A stretch of DNA of 64,000 bases from Pyrinomonadaceae bacterium (GTDB taxonomy: Bacteria > Acidobacteriota > Blastocatellia > Pyrinomonadales > Pyrinomonadaceae). Each line of letters opens with the position of its first letter. Positions within the stretch are counted from its first letter, which is position 1. Under the pieces are notes generated by a model. That model saw only the letters and a program-made list of their open reading frames with translations, was not told the DNA's origin and made no database searches. Positions 1 through 9,106 of this stretch are shown one piece after another. The stretch is taken from the NCBI GenBank assembly GCA_046313635.1, contig JBKBYA010000001.1, positions 128,001 to 192,000 on the forward strand. Direction: 5' to 3'. Both the position numbers and the translations under genes were made by a program.

Positions 1-99
1 GCCTGTGATCGCGACACGGCGTGGACGCAGAAAGGAGCGGAACATAAAAGGTGTTTCGAGGATAGCACGGCCGGCAGGCGCGGTTCACCAAGCTCGCGT

Positions 100-609
100 T
101 CACGGCTGCTCGTCGGCCGTACGCTTGTAGCCGCGCTTCACGGTCACGAGATATTCGCCTGAGTTGTCCGAGTGGTCGGCGTCGTTGATCGCGAGGTAGA
201 GCGTCTGCTTTTGCGCGACTTGAGCGCTGCGGCCGATGCGGAAGGGCTTGCCGTTCTCGCCGATCCGGCCGATCAGCGTGCCGTACGGCAGCGAAGGTAT
301 CTGCACACGCTCGTCGCCGGGCCGCTGCTTGTCGTCGGGCTCCGTGCGGAGGCCGCCGCCGAGATCGACCGTGCCCTTAGCGCTGATGATCAGCGGGCCG
401 GGGCCGACCGCCGTCCAGCCAGGATCTGCCGCGGGTATCGGAATAGCGATCTGCTCGCCGTCGATGAGCGATGCCGCCGGCAGAGGAGTGCGTTCAGGGG
501 CAGCGGCGGTTTCGTCTGCGACGGGAGTATTGACCATCCAAACCCGCAGCAAGAACAGCGCTGCGGCGACGAAGATCAGACCGTAGACAAAGATATTTCT
601 TTGGGACAT
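100..609 (-). CDS. Membrane-anchored hypothetical protein with a LecA/PA-IL-like beta-sandwich domain
   Basis: ATG at 609 (MSQRNIFVYGLIFVAAALFLL, N-terminal TM), then PYGTLIGRIG...LYLAIND..SDNSGEYLVTV, a pattern seen in PA-IL-like domains. Confidence 0.55.
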   Translation of the reverse strand: MSQRNIFVYGLIFVAAALFLLRVWMVNTPVADETAAAPERTPLPAASLIDGEQIAIPIPAADPGWTAVGPGPLIISAKGTVDLGGGLRTEPDDKQRPGDERVQIPSLPYGTLIGRIGENGKPFRIGRSAQVAQKQTLYLAINDADHSDNSGEYLVTVKRGYKRTADEQP

Positions 610-973
610 ATCGATTGGTCGGCAGGGCTCGAGACCTCTGTATTCTAACCGACTTTTCATTCTGCCCGGCGCTGGACGATCGAGGGCGGTGTCCTAACAC
701 TGTCCAAGCGTTGTCACCTAAGCGACCCGCGATCGGGGAGCACCGGATCGCCATCCCCCGGCCGGCTGACACACGTTTGACGGCGGGCTCGGTCGGCGGG
801 CGTATCGATGCGCGCAAAGACTCGAGCGGCGTCCGCCCCGTAACGCCGCCATCGATGACCGACAGTATACGTTTCTTGGGAATGGCTCTTGCTATAACTC
901 AAACGTGAAACGGAGCGTATATCGAATCGATACACATCCAAACCTTTCGTTATCGAATTAGGGAGGCAAACAA

Positions 974-1126
974 ATGCTTTGGACGATTATAATCTTGTTG
1001 TTGGTTCTTTGGGCCTTGGGCTTCGGATTTGCCGGCCAGGCGGTGGGCAGCCTTGTGCATCTCTTGCTGGTCGTAGCACTGGTGCTCTTTGTCGTTCAGC
1101 TGCTGACCGGACGCCGGGCAGTATAA
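974..1126 (+). CDS. Small membrane protein, lmo0937/DUF5670-like (50 aa; absent from ORF track)
   Basis: GGAGG at 962-966, ATG 974, TAA 1124-1126; MLWTIIILLLVLWALGFGFAGQAVGSLVHLLLVVALVLFVVQLLTGRRAV. Confidence 0.85.
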   Translation: MLWTIIILLLVLWALGFGFAGQAVGSLVHLLLVVALVLFVVQLLTGRRAV

Positions 1127-1443
1127 CGAACAGAATTGACAATTCGGGATCGCCGGCCGCCATCCGATAGTTCGATCGGATAGGTTGGCCGGCTGTCATT
1201 TTGGACAACATTCGCCACGTTTTTTGCCGCAGCAAGAAACGTCGCGACACGCCGACGAGCTGCTTCACATGCGTGGATCGGCAGCCGCCGCATTTCTCCC
1301 ACAACTTTTTGATCGGATCTCTCGCGGCGTAAATTCATACGTCCGCCCTCACCTGAAAGTATGACGACCGACTCATCTTGGCTGGTGATTCGTTATGAGC
1401 TTGATTCAGATAAACTTTCTGCTTTGGAGGAAAGCGTAAATCA

Positions 1444-2052
1444 ATGCCAGTTAAAGTAGCGATCATTTATTACAGTCAAAGCGGTACGACACACCAACTC
1501 GCAAAGGCCGTCGAAGAAGGGGCCCGCGAGGGCGGTGCGGAGACGAGACTAGTGAAGGTAAAAGAGACCGTCCCAAGCGAGGTGTGGGAAAAGATCCCGC
1601 ATTGGAAAGAGCACATCGAGGCGACCGCGAACGTGCCCGAGGCGAGCAACGACGACCTCGAATGGGCCGACGCGGTGATATTCGGAACTCCGACGCGCTA
1701 CGGCCTGCCGGCCGCGCAGCTCAAGAATTTTATGGATCAGACGGGTTCGCTCTGGGCCCGAGGCGCGCTCGTCAACAAGATCGGATCGTCATTTACATCC
1801 ACGGCCACGGCCCACGGCGGCCAAGAGTCGACCATCCTGGCGATCAACAATGTCTTTTATCACTACGGAATGATCATCGTGTCGCCCGGGTATGTCGAGG
1901 CCTCGCAATTCGAGAGCGGCAATCCGTACGGCGCCTCCTTCACCTCGAATAACGGCCAGCTTGATCCCGATCAGGTCGCTCTCACCGCCGCACGGCTGCA
2001 GGGCCGCCGCGTAGCTTCGATAACGGCGAAGCTGAAGGGTTCACAGGACTGA
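1444..2052 (+). CDS. wrbA: NAD(P)H:quinone oxidoreductase, WrbA family
   Basis: IIYYSQSGTT, FGTPTRYG, TATAHGGQEST and GNPYG motifs; GGAGG upstream. Confidence 0.93.
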   Translation: MPVKVAIIYYSQSGTTHQLAKAVEEGAREGGAETRLVKVKETVPSEVWEKIPHWKEHIEATANVPEASNDDLEWADAVIFGTPTRYGLPAAQLKNFMDQTGSLWARGALVNKIGSSFTSTATAHGGQESTILAINNVFYHYGMIIVSPGYVEASQFESGNPYGASFTSNNGQLDPDQVALTAARLQGRRVASITAKLKGSQD

Positions 2053-2077
2053 GGCCGTCCGTATCAACGCAGCACCG

Positions 2078-2110
2078 AGACCGGCTCACTGAGAGAGCCG
2101 GTCTTTTTTT
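2078..2110 (+). terminator. Rho-independent terminator after wrbA
   Basis: AGACCGGCTC...GAGCCGGTCT stem followed by a T-run. Confidence 0.8.
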
Positions 2111-2391
2111 GCCGCACGCGGGCGGGCGTGGGATCGGCGTCCTTATGCTCGGCGTGATAGCTGCACCGCTGTTTTGTCGCGTTATATTCGGAGAACACGA
2201 TACTCGGGTCCGATCTCTTCAGCCTGCGTTTGGAAATGTGGCCGCATCGTTAGGAGGATCAGCGGACCGCGACCGCGGGTCATATTTTTCTTACCACCCT
2301 TCGCGTCAAACGCCGCTCGGCGGAGACGCCTTTCGGCCGGTCAGCGTACAGCCGGCCTTTTTTTGCGCCGCGACAATCTGCCGGCGGCCTG

Positions 2392-2646
2392 TTAATGATC
2401 CGATACTGCCCCGTGACCGCCGAATTGGGCGGGCGACGGCCGGCATGCGGCCATCAGTATCCGTGACTGGTAACGGTGACTCTCGGCGTCCGACTCGAGG
2501 CGCGACGCCTGCTCGAGCAGCTCGATCGCCTCGCGATCGCGGCCGCATTCGAGGGCATTAGCACGAAGCTCCCGCATTCCTGCAAGCAAACGCTCCGATT
2601 CCTTGATATGCCAGGCCGACTCGGCGCGGAGCTCGTCGTTGGACAT
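2392..2646 (-). CDS. Hypothetical helical protein (~84 aa)
   Basis: MSNDELRAESAWHIKESERLL... amphipathic, protein-like sequence; no family recognised. Confidence 0.35.
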   Translation of the reverse strand: MSNDELRAESAWHIKESERLLAGMRELRANALECGRDREAIELLEQASRLESDAESHRYQSRILMAACRPSPAQFGGHGAVSDH

Positions 2647-2840
2647 GTCTCTCAAAAGCTTTTGAGTGGGACGACCGATCACTACCGCCAAGTATATCGT
2701 CGAGCCAAAAAAGTGAATGTACTGGCGTGTACCAAACGTCCGGCCCGACGAGAAACGCTCCTCTCGATCTCGACTCCCGCACGTGCGGTGACGCACAGCC
2801 GCATGCACCTCGTCGAGGGGCAAGCGCGAGATCGCGCGGT

Positions 2841-3233
2841 CTACTCTGAAAGGGCCCGCAGTACCATCCGTTCGATCGTATCCCGGACGGCGGCAAACTC
2901 ACCGGCCGCCATGTCCTTAGGGTCCGGGATCTGCCAATCCTCGCGCCGGCGGGCTCGTATCATAGGGCATTCGTCGCCGCAGCCCATCGTCGCGACAAAG
3001 TCCCATTCGATGCCGTCAGGAAGGTCGTCGAGGGATTTCGAATGATGGGTCGTGAGGTCATAGCCGATCTCGCGCATCGACTCGATGGCCTTCGGGTTGA
3101 CGGCCCCCGACGGACGTGAGCCGGCACTGTAGGCCTCGACGTCGCGGCCGCCGTGGATGCGCGCAAAGGCCTCGGCCATCTGGCTGCGGCAGGAATTTTC
3201 GACGCAGACAAAGAGGTATCGTTTCATATTCAT
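2841..3233 (-). CDS. arsC: Arsenate reductase, LMW-PTP/thioredoxin-coupled type
   Basis: CVENSCRSQMAE (CX5R P-loop), MGCGDECP, W.IPDP; abuts acr3. Confidence 0.92.
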   Translation of the reverse strand: MNMKRYLFVCVENSCRSQMAEAFARIHGGRDVEAYSAGSRPSGAVNPKAIESMREIGYDLTTHHSKSLDDLPDGIEWDFVATMGCGDECPMIRARRREDWQIPDPKDMAAGEFAAVRDTIERMVLRALSE

Positions 3234-4289
3234 TCACACCGGGAATGCCCGCTTGAACCGCAGAGCGACCCGCACGAGCAGTATCAGTACCGGCACTTCG
3301 ATGAGCGGGCCGATCACCGCGGCGAACGCCTGCCCGGAATTGATGCCAAACACCGCGATCGCCACCGCGATGCCTAGTTCGAAATTGTTTCCCGCTGCGG
3401 TAAAAGCGAGCGACGTGCTCCGCGCGTAGTCCGCCCCGGCCTTCTTTGCCAGAAAGAACGCGCTGAAGAACATCACGACAAAATACAGCACCAGCGGCAC
3501 CGCGATACGCACGACGTCGAAAGGGATCGCAACGATCAGCTCGCCCTTGTAGCTGAACATCACGACGATCGTAAACAGCAGCGCGACGAGCGTGATCGGC
3601 GAGATCGCCGGCACGAATTTGAGGTTGTACCAATCGCGGCCCTTCGCCCTAACGAGCACGAGCCGCGTGAGCATTCCCGCGAAAAAAGGTATGCCGAGAT
3701 AGACAAAGACGCTCTCTGCGATCTGCCCGATGCTCACGTCGACCGCCGCCCCGGCGAGTCCGAAAAGCGGCGGCAGCACCGTTATGAAGACGTAGGCGTA
3801 AACGCTGTAAAAGAGCACCTGAAAGATGCTGTTAAAGGCCACGAGCGCCGCCGCATACTCGTTGTCTCCCTTCGCGAGATCGTTCCAGACGATCACCATC
3901 GCGATGCACCGCGCGATGCCGATCATGATCAGGCCGATCATGTATTCGGGCTTGTCGGGCAGCAGCAGAGCGGCGAGGACAAACATCAGCAGCGGCCCGA
4001 CTATCCAGTTCTGCACGAGCGAGAGCGCGAGTACCCGTACGTTGCGAAAGATCGTCGGCAGCTCCTCGTACTTAACCTTGGCGAGCGGCGGGTACATCAT
4101 CAGGATCAGCCCGACCGCGATCGGGACGTTGGTCGTGCCGACATCGAATCGGCCGATCAGTGAGGCGGTCTGGGGCACGAAGTACCCGAGACCGACACCG
4201 ATCGCCATCGCGGCAAAGATCCATACCGTCAGATATCGGTCGAGAAACGAGAGTCGCCGGCGCGTGCCGTTATTCGTATCGTTTGCCAT
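3234..4289 (-). CDS. acr3: ACR3-family arsenite efflux transporter
   Basis: [50 protein letters not shown] motifs. Confidence 0.96.
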   Translation of the reverse strand: MANDTNNGTRRRLSFLDRYLTVWIFAAMAIGVGLGYFVPQTASLIGRFDVGTTNVPIAVGLILMMYPPLAKVKYEELPTIFRNVRVLALSLVQNWIVGPLLMFVLAALLLPDKPEYMIGLIMIGIARCIAMVIVWNDLAKGDNEYAAALVAFNSIFQVLFYSVYAYVFITVLPPLFGLAGAAVDVSIGQIAESVFVYLGIPFFAGMLTRLVLVRAKGRDWYNLKFVPAISPITLVALLFTIVVMFSYKGELIVAIPFDVVRIAVPLVLYFVVMFFSAFFLAKKAGADYARSTSLAFTAAGNNFELGIAVAIAVFGINSGQAFAAVIGPLIEVPVLILLVRVALRFKRAFPV

Positions 4290-4366
4290 CTCGGTCAATT
4301 TATGTCAGGCGGCCGCCGACAACAAGCCGGTCGCCAGCGGCCGCAAAGGTGTCGTCCTCGAGGCCG

Positions 4367-4948
4367 TCATCGTCCGGGCGAGCAGCAGGCCAGCCGTTCG
4401 CATCCGAGCGACGAGCATCGGAAAGACGCCGCCTTCGGAAGCATCAGAACGAGGTGGAGCAGGCCCACGAGACCGCTCCCGAGCATCACCTTTATCGCTA
4501 TCGTCTCCGCCATCCATCCGTAGCTGCCCAACACCAATGGCGACGAGACGCTCCATGCCGACGCGGGTTTCGATGCGAACATGAACGCGAACGAGGCGAC
4601 CTTCAGCACGGTGAGCACCACGTGCAGTGCATACTCCTGCGTCGAGAGGCCGCCGAGCGACGCGCGGCTGTCGTTCTCGCTTGCGACGTCGAGGAGTTCG
4701 ACGGCAAGAGCGGCCGCGACAAAGAAAACCGCCGCCCACAGCGCGATGCCGCCGAGGTCGCGGTAATAAAGCAGGAGAGCTACCGGCACCATCAGAAATG
4801 CAAACGCCATATGGAGCTTGTGCTCGTAGCGTGACTCAGGCCGCGTATGCAGCCTGTACTTCCAAATATGGAAGTAAAAAAGATCGACCGCGCCGAGCAG
4901 CATAAACAGATCGAGAAAGACAAAGCCTGCGATAACGATGTGGTCCAT
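4367..4948 (-). CDS. Uncharacterised multi-TM membrane protein with His/Glu motifs and Cys-rich tail, inside the ars operon
   Basis: GGAGG SD upstream; 5-6 hydrophobic segments; DLFYFH, EHKLH, EYALH; C-terminus RCSSLGCERLACC. Confidence 0.75.
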   Translation of the reverse strand: MDHIVIAGFVFLDLFMLLGAVDLFYFHIWKYRLHTRPESRYEHKLHMAFAFLMVPVALLLYYRDLGGIALWAAVFFVAAALAVELLDVASENDSRASLGGLSTQEYALHVVLTVLKVASFAFMFASKPASAWSVSSPLVLGSYGWMAETIAIKVMLGSGLVGLLHLVLMLPKAASFRCSSLGCERLACCSPGR

Positions 4949-4995
4949 TTCAAAATTCCCTCCGGCCTTTACGCGTCAATTACGGCTAAACATAA

Positions 4996-5190
4996 TCATC
5001 GGCCCACGGCCTTGCAGCACACCATCTCGGCCCCGGGACAGCACGCCGTGCCCGTAACGAAACGTCCGCCGTCGAAACGGATCACAAACTCGGCCCACTC
5101 GCCGTCCATCAGGTCGTCATGGCCGACCGGCTTGCAGCAGCACCTCGGATCGCGTGATCGGAAAGTTATTTTGCATCGTGTCTTGTCCAT
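4996..5190 (-). CDS. Small Cys-rich protein (64 aa, 8 Cys), putative arsenic/metal-binding
   Basis: AAAGGAG SD 8 nt before ATG; CCC, CC and CC motifs; fills the gap between arsM and the membrane gene on the same strand. Confidence 0.7.
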   Translation of the reverse strand: MDKTRCKITFRSRDPRCCCKPVGHDDLMDGEWAEFVIRFDGGRFVTGTACCPGAEMVCCKAVGR

Positions 5191-5233
5191 AACCTTTGCT
5201 CCTTTGAACGCGGCCCGAAGGCCGCGACCTTGT

Positions 5234-6178
5234 CTAGACTCGTGCCTCCTTTACCGCAAAGACCTTTACGCTCGCGGCGTAATCGTTTATGTCGTACCGG
5301 CGAAGCAGGTCCGCGAGGTCGGCGGCCGCTTCCTCGTTTTGCTGCACACCCGTATCGGGGCCGCAGCAGGTCGACGCCGGCGCCGGCGTGCAGCAGCTTG
5401 CTTCGGAGGCCTTTACCGCGACCGTGCCGCCCGCCGCCTGGGCCATCACCGGCGTGCAGCAACCCGACTGATTCTTGACCTGGGAATATGCGTTCAGGTC
5501 CGAACGGCTGTCTACGATCTCGACACCCGAAAAACCAGCTTCAATCAGGCCGCGTCGGTAATCGTCGATCGAGATCGCGCCCGCGATGCAGCCGACATAC
5601 GCCATTATGTTGTCGCCGAGCTCGGGCGGGAGCGGCTGTTTGAGAGCGATGTCGCTGACGGCCAGCCGGCCGCCCGGCTTCAGCACACGCGCGATCTCTC
5701 GAAACACCGCCTGCTTGTCCTCTGCGAGATTGATCACGCAATTGCTGATCACGCAGTCGACCGAATCGTCGGGAAGCGGGAGCTTGTCGATCGTCGCGAG
5801 GCGAAATTCGACGTTGGGATAGCCCTTCCCGTCGTTTGCCTTTGCGGCGTTGCGGCGAGCCAGGTCTATCATCTCCGGCGTCATATCGATACCGATCGCC
5901 TTACCCTCCGGGCCGACCTTTTGGGCCGCCAAAAAAACGTCGAGGCCGCCGCCCGAGCCGAGGTCGACGACGACTTCGCCTTTCTTCAAATGGGCCGTCG
6001 CCGTCGGGTTGCCGCACGAGAGCCCCATATTGGCCTCGGCTGGTATCGATAAAAGCTCTTCAGGCGTGTACCCGAAAGCCTCCGCCACGGCGCGCACGCC
6101 CCTGTGCTCGTTCGAGAGGTTGCTGACCGCGACCGATCCGTACTTTGACCGCACCGCATCTTCTATATTCTTCGTCAT
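5234..6178 (-). CDS. arsM: Arsenite S-adenosylmethionine methyltransferase
   Basis: [45 protein letters not shown]; start at [10 protein letters not shown]. Confidence 0.93.
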   Translation of the reverse strand: MTKNIEDAVRSKYGSVAVSNLSNEHRGVRAVAEAFGYTPEELLSIPAEANMGLSCGNPTATAHLKKGEVVVDLGSGGGLDVFLAAQKVGPEGKAIGIDMTPEMIDLARRNAAKANDGKGYPNVEFRLATIDKLPLPDDSVDCVISNCVINLAEDKQAVFREIARVLKPGGRLAVSDIALKQPLPPELGDNIMAYVGCIAGAISIDDYRRGLIEAGFSGVEIVDSRSDLNAYSQVKNQSGCCTPVMAQAAGGTVAVKASEASCCTPAPASTCCGPDTGVQQNEEAAADLADLLRRYDINDYAASVKVFAVKEARV

Positions 6179-6202
6179 GATTCCTGTCACCTCGCTATGA
6201 TC

Positions 6203-6228
6203 TACAATTACGTCTATGCGTAATTGTA
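6203..6228. promoter_or_regulatory. Perfect inverted repeat, probable ArsR operator
   Basis: TACAATTACG-tctatg-CGTAATTGTA in the arsM/arsR divergent spacer. Confidence 0.7.
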
Positions 6229-6292
6229 TTTCGACGATACGACCGATCGACATTTATGTCAAGCCATAATTGTTATGTGGTAGAATTTTTTT

Positions 6293-6712
6293 ATGGCTGG
6301 AAAGAGGGCTTTTGATCTCGAGTTGTTCTTTGCGGCGCTGGCCGACCGCACGCGCCTGCGCCTTTTGAATCTGCTCAAGGACGGCGAGGTGTGCGTATGT
6401 TTTTTTGCCGATGCGATCGGCACCAATAACCCAAAAATCTCGCGGCACCTCGCCTATCTCAAGCGCGCCGGTCTCGTCTCGGCCCGCCGCGACGGCAAAT
6501 GGGTGCACTACAGCCTCGTCCGCCCTGCCAACCAACACGCCGCCGCAGCGCTCGACGCGGCGCTCGCGATCGTCGCGGACGACAAGGAGATGCTGAAAGA
6601 CAAGAAGAACCTGGAAAATGCCTGCTGCGCGCCCAATGCTCCCGTGCAGCTCAGGCGCACGCCGGTCAAACAAGGGCGGGCGAAAACGAGCGACGCCGGT
6701 CGGCCCCGCTAA
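6293..6712 (+). CDS. arsR: ArsR/SmtB-family metalloregulator
   Basis: ALADRTRLRLL, EVCVC, ISRHLAYLKRAGLV, RRDGKWVHY; C-terminal ACC. Confidence 0.93.
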   Translation: MAGKRAFDLELFFAALADRTRLRLLNLLKDGEVCVCFFADAIGTNNPKISRHLAYLKRAGLVSARRDGKWVHYSLVRPANQHAAAALDAALAIVADDKEMLKDKKNLENACCAPNAPVQLRRTPVKQGRAKTSDAGRPR

Positions 6713-6758
6713 AAAAGTTAGAAGTAATAGGTCGTACCAAACGTCTCGGTCGGAGCAG

Positions 6759-6820
6759 CTATCCACTACCAATTACCCACTGGAGCATTCAGTTGATAGT
6801 TGATGGTGGGTAATGGACAG
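6759..6820. repeat. Degenerate 7-nt-periodic inverted repeat
   Basis: ctatccactaccaattacccact ... agttgatagttgatggtgggtaatggacag between convergent genes. Confidence 0.4.
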
Positions 6821-6916
6821 TCATCGGTAGACCACGCGAACTGTCCAAAATAAAAAGAGACCGCTTATTCAAGCAGTCTCTATTTAGTGTTGGCGTACGT
6901 TAGCAGAGAGATCGAT

Positions 6917-9034
6917 CTACTTGCTTGCAGTGGCCTGCCGCTCTTTCGGGTCGTATGGCGTAGCCTGGTATTTCTTTACGGCCTCCTGGGCGTTGTCGTA
7001 GTTGTCGCCGAGGGCCTGGGCACGGTTGTAGGCGGCAGTCGCGCGAGTACGGTCGCCCTTGGCGTCGTAGGCGTTGCCCATCTTGATCTCGCTCCAGACG
7101 TGCAGCCACGCGGGCCGTGCGACGCCCTGCGCGCCGAGGTCGCGGGCGGCCTTGAAGTTCTCGATCGCGAGATCGTAATTTCGCTGCTCGAGAAAGAGAA
7201 GTCCGAGATGGTAATAGACCCAGGCGTTCGAACGGTCGAGCTTGAGCGCGGCTTCGAACTGCTGCTGGGCATCGACGTAATTTCCTTCTTTGAACTGCTC
7301 GATGCCGCGCCGCGCGATCGACGAGACGCGAAGGTCGGGCGAGATGCGGAGCAGTTTGTACTCGGGATCGATGACGACCGCGAGCGGCTTGCCGGTCGAT
7401 TCGATATTAAAGTCGGCGCTCGCCTCGTCCATCTGGACCGTCACGGTCTTGAGTCCCTGCTCGCCCTCCGATCGCAGCTGCACGTCGACTGGCAGACGCA
7501 GATTGTCGTAGTTCTGCTTGACGGTGCCGCGGGTGACGAACTTGCCCGAGCGCGTGCGGATGATCTGATAGTCGGCCGTGAACTCGGGCACGCCGGTCGA
7601 CTCGACCCAGCGGGCAAAGAAGTATCGCATCGGCTGCCCCGCGATCTCGGACGCTAGTTTTTCAAAGTCGTCGATCGACGCATTCTTGCCGCGATATCGC
7701 TGCAGGAATGTGCGGAGCAGCTGGTCAAACTTCTGCTCGCCGAGCGTGTCGCGGAGCAGCTTGTAAACGAGCGCACCCTTGGCGTACATGATGTACTGGT
7801 ACGCGGTCGATGTGTCGTCGAGCGTCGACGGAGCACGCAGCAGCGAAGCGGTCTGCTCAAAGGTCAAAGACTTTTCGAGCAGCTCGCGCCGCAGAGCCTC
7901 AAGCTTGGCCCCGTCGAGCGCCTGCTCGCGCAGCGAGAAGGCGCTGTATTCCGCCAATCCCTGCGAGAGCCACGCGTCGTCAAACGATCTGAGCCCGACG
8001 GTCAGTCCCCACCATTGGAACGCCGCCTCGCGCTGCAGCCGCTCGAGCGTGATCTCGCGAGCCTCCTCGTAATGGCGGTTGGCGACGTAGAGCATCCCTC
8101 GCGCCGAATAGAAGTCGAGCGTGTCGTCGTCGGTCTGGATGACGATCAACTTTTTGCCGGCATCGGGCTCGCCCCAACGTTTGGTGTAGTATTCGAGAGC
8201 CTTGCCGAGGGTCTCGGCGAAGCGAGCTGTCTGACCCTCCATCCCCGGCTGCGTGTAAAATTCGAGGTTGTAGCCGCCGAAATTCAGATCCTTTTTGGCA
8301 AACCTGCCGTACGCAAAATTGCCGACGAGGCCCGGCTTCGCGATCGAAAAGCGGAATTTCCCGCCCGCATTGGTCACCGGCGTGTCGCTGAAACCCACGA
8401 CCTGAAAACCGCCCGGCACCGTCAGCGAAACATCGGCCGTCGCGAGATCTGCGGCGTAATCGTGAAACGGGAACCAACGCGCCGCGTACATAAGATACCC
8501 TCGCTGATCGCCGACGTATGCGAGACGCTTGGTGATGAGCGGGCCGCCGTTTGGCGAGTTGAGCACGCCGCTGTACTTGAAGCGCAGCGTGACGGGCGTT
8601 CCCTTCGCGACGTTCTCGCCGAGATCGACGCGGACGCTCGGACCGAGGTCCGACACGCCGGCCTGGTCCTGGACGAACGTGATCCCGCCGGCCGATTCCA
8701 TCGCGGGTGTCGGCGTCGGACGCGCAGGCGCTCGCCCGCGCGCGTCCGCCTGAGCAGGCGCGGCCGCCGCCGCCGAGACCGAGTCGATACGCGTGATCGT
8801 GTCGACCCTGAGCGATCCGTTGAGCTCGAATGTGACGGTCCGCGTGTCCTCGAGCGGCACGAACGTGACATCGGTCGTCGCCGCGAGCTTATTCTCGGTT
8901 GGCGACAGCACGGCGTCGATAACGTAGTTCGTCACGTCGAAGGGCGTCCTTTTGGCCTGCTGCGCGTGCGACGAGAGTGAGCCGACGGCGATCAGCATCG
9001 CGGCCAAAACGTGGAACTTGAACTGGTTCTTCAT
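6917..9034 (-). CDS. Secreted M1 aminopeptidase-like protein with C-terminal TPRs, zinc motif degenerate
   Basis: Signal peptide; QREAAFQWWG...WLSQGLAEY in place of HExxHxW...NEG; YAKGA motif; TPR repeats at the C-terminus. Confidence 0.8.
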   Translation of the reverse strand: MKNQFKFHVLAAMLIAVGSLSSHAQQAKRTPFDVTNYVIDAVLSPTENKLAATTDVTFVPLEDTRTVTFELNGSLRVDTITRIDSVSAAAAAPAQADARGRAPARPTPTPAMESAGGITFVQDQAGVSDLGPSVRVDLGENVAKGTPVTLRFKYSGVLNSPNGGPLITKRLAYVGDQRGYLMYAARWFPFHDYAADLATADVSLTVPGGFQVVGFSDTPVTNAGGKFRFSIAKPGLVGNFAYGRFAKKDLNFGGYNLEFYTQPGMEGQTARFAETLGKALEYYTKRWGEPDAGKKLIVIQTDDDTLDFYSARGMLYVANRHYEEAREITLERLQREAAFQWWGLTVGLRSFDDAWLSQGLAEYSAFSLREQALDGAKLEALRRELLEKSLTFEQTASLLRAPSTLDDTSTAYQYIMYAKGALVYKLLRDTLGEQKFDQLLRTFLQRYRGKNASIDDFEKLASEIAGQPMRYFFARWVESTGVPEFTADYQIIRTRSGKFVTRGTVKQNYDNLRLPVDVQLRSEGEQGLKTVTVQMDEASADFNIESTGKPLAVVIDPEYKLLRISPDLRVSSIARRGIEQFKEGNYVDAQQQFEAALKLDRSNAWVYYHLGLLFLEQRNYDLAIENFKAARDLGAQGVARPAWLHVWSEIKMGNAYDAKGDRTRATAAYNRAQALGDNYDNAQEAVKKYQATPYDPKERQATASK

Positions 9035-9106
9035 TCTGAATTCTCGACCAAACCGGTCTGAAAGAGTGTGCGTCGGTAAGATGTACGGCCCCGGCGAATC
9101 GTTCGC

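Noticed and set aside
1127..1443. Long intergenic regions (also 610-973, 2110-2390, 39015-39298) as ncRNA or riboswitch
   Set aside because: No RNA motif I can recognise; an Infernal/Rfam scan would be needed
4847..6052. 401-aa plus-strand ORF and similar long antisense ORFs (e.g. 39643-40989, 38037-38972, 18001-18984)
   Set aside because: Shadow frames of well-supported genes in GC-rich DNA; no recognisable motifs
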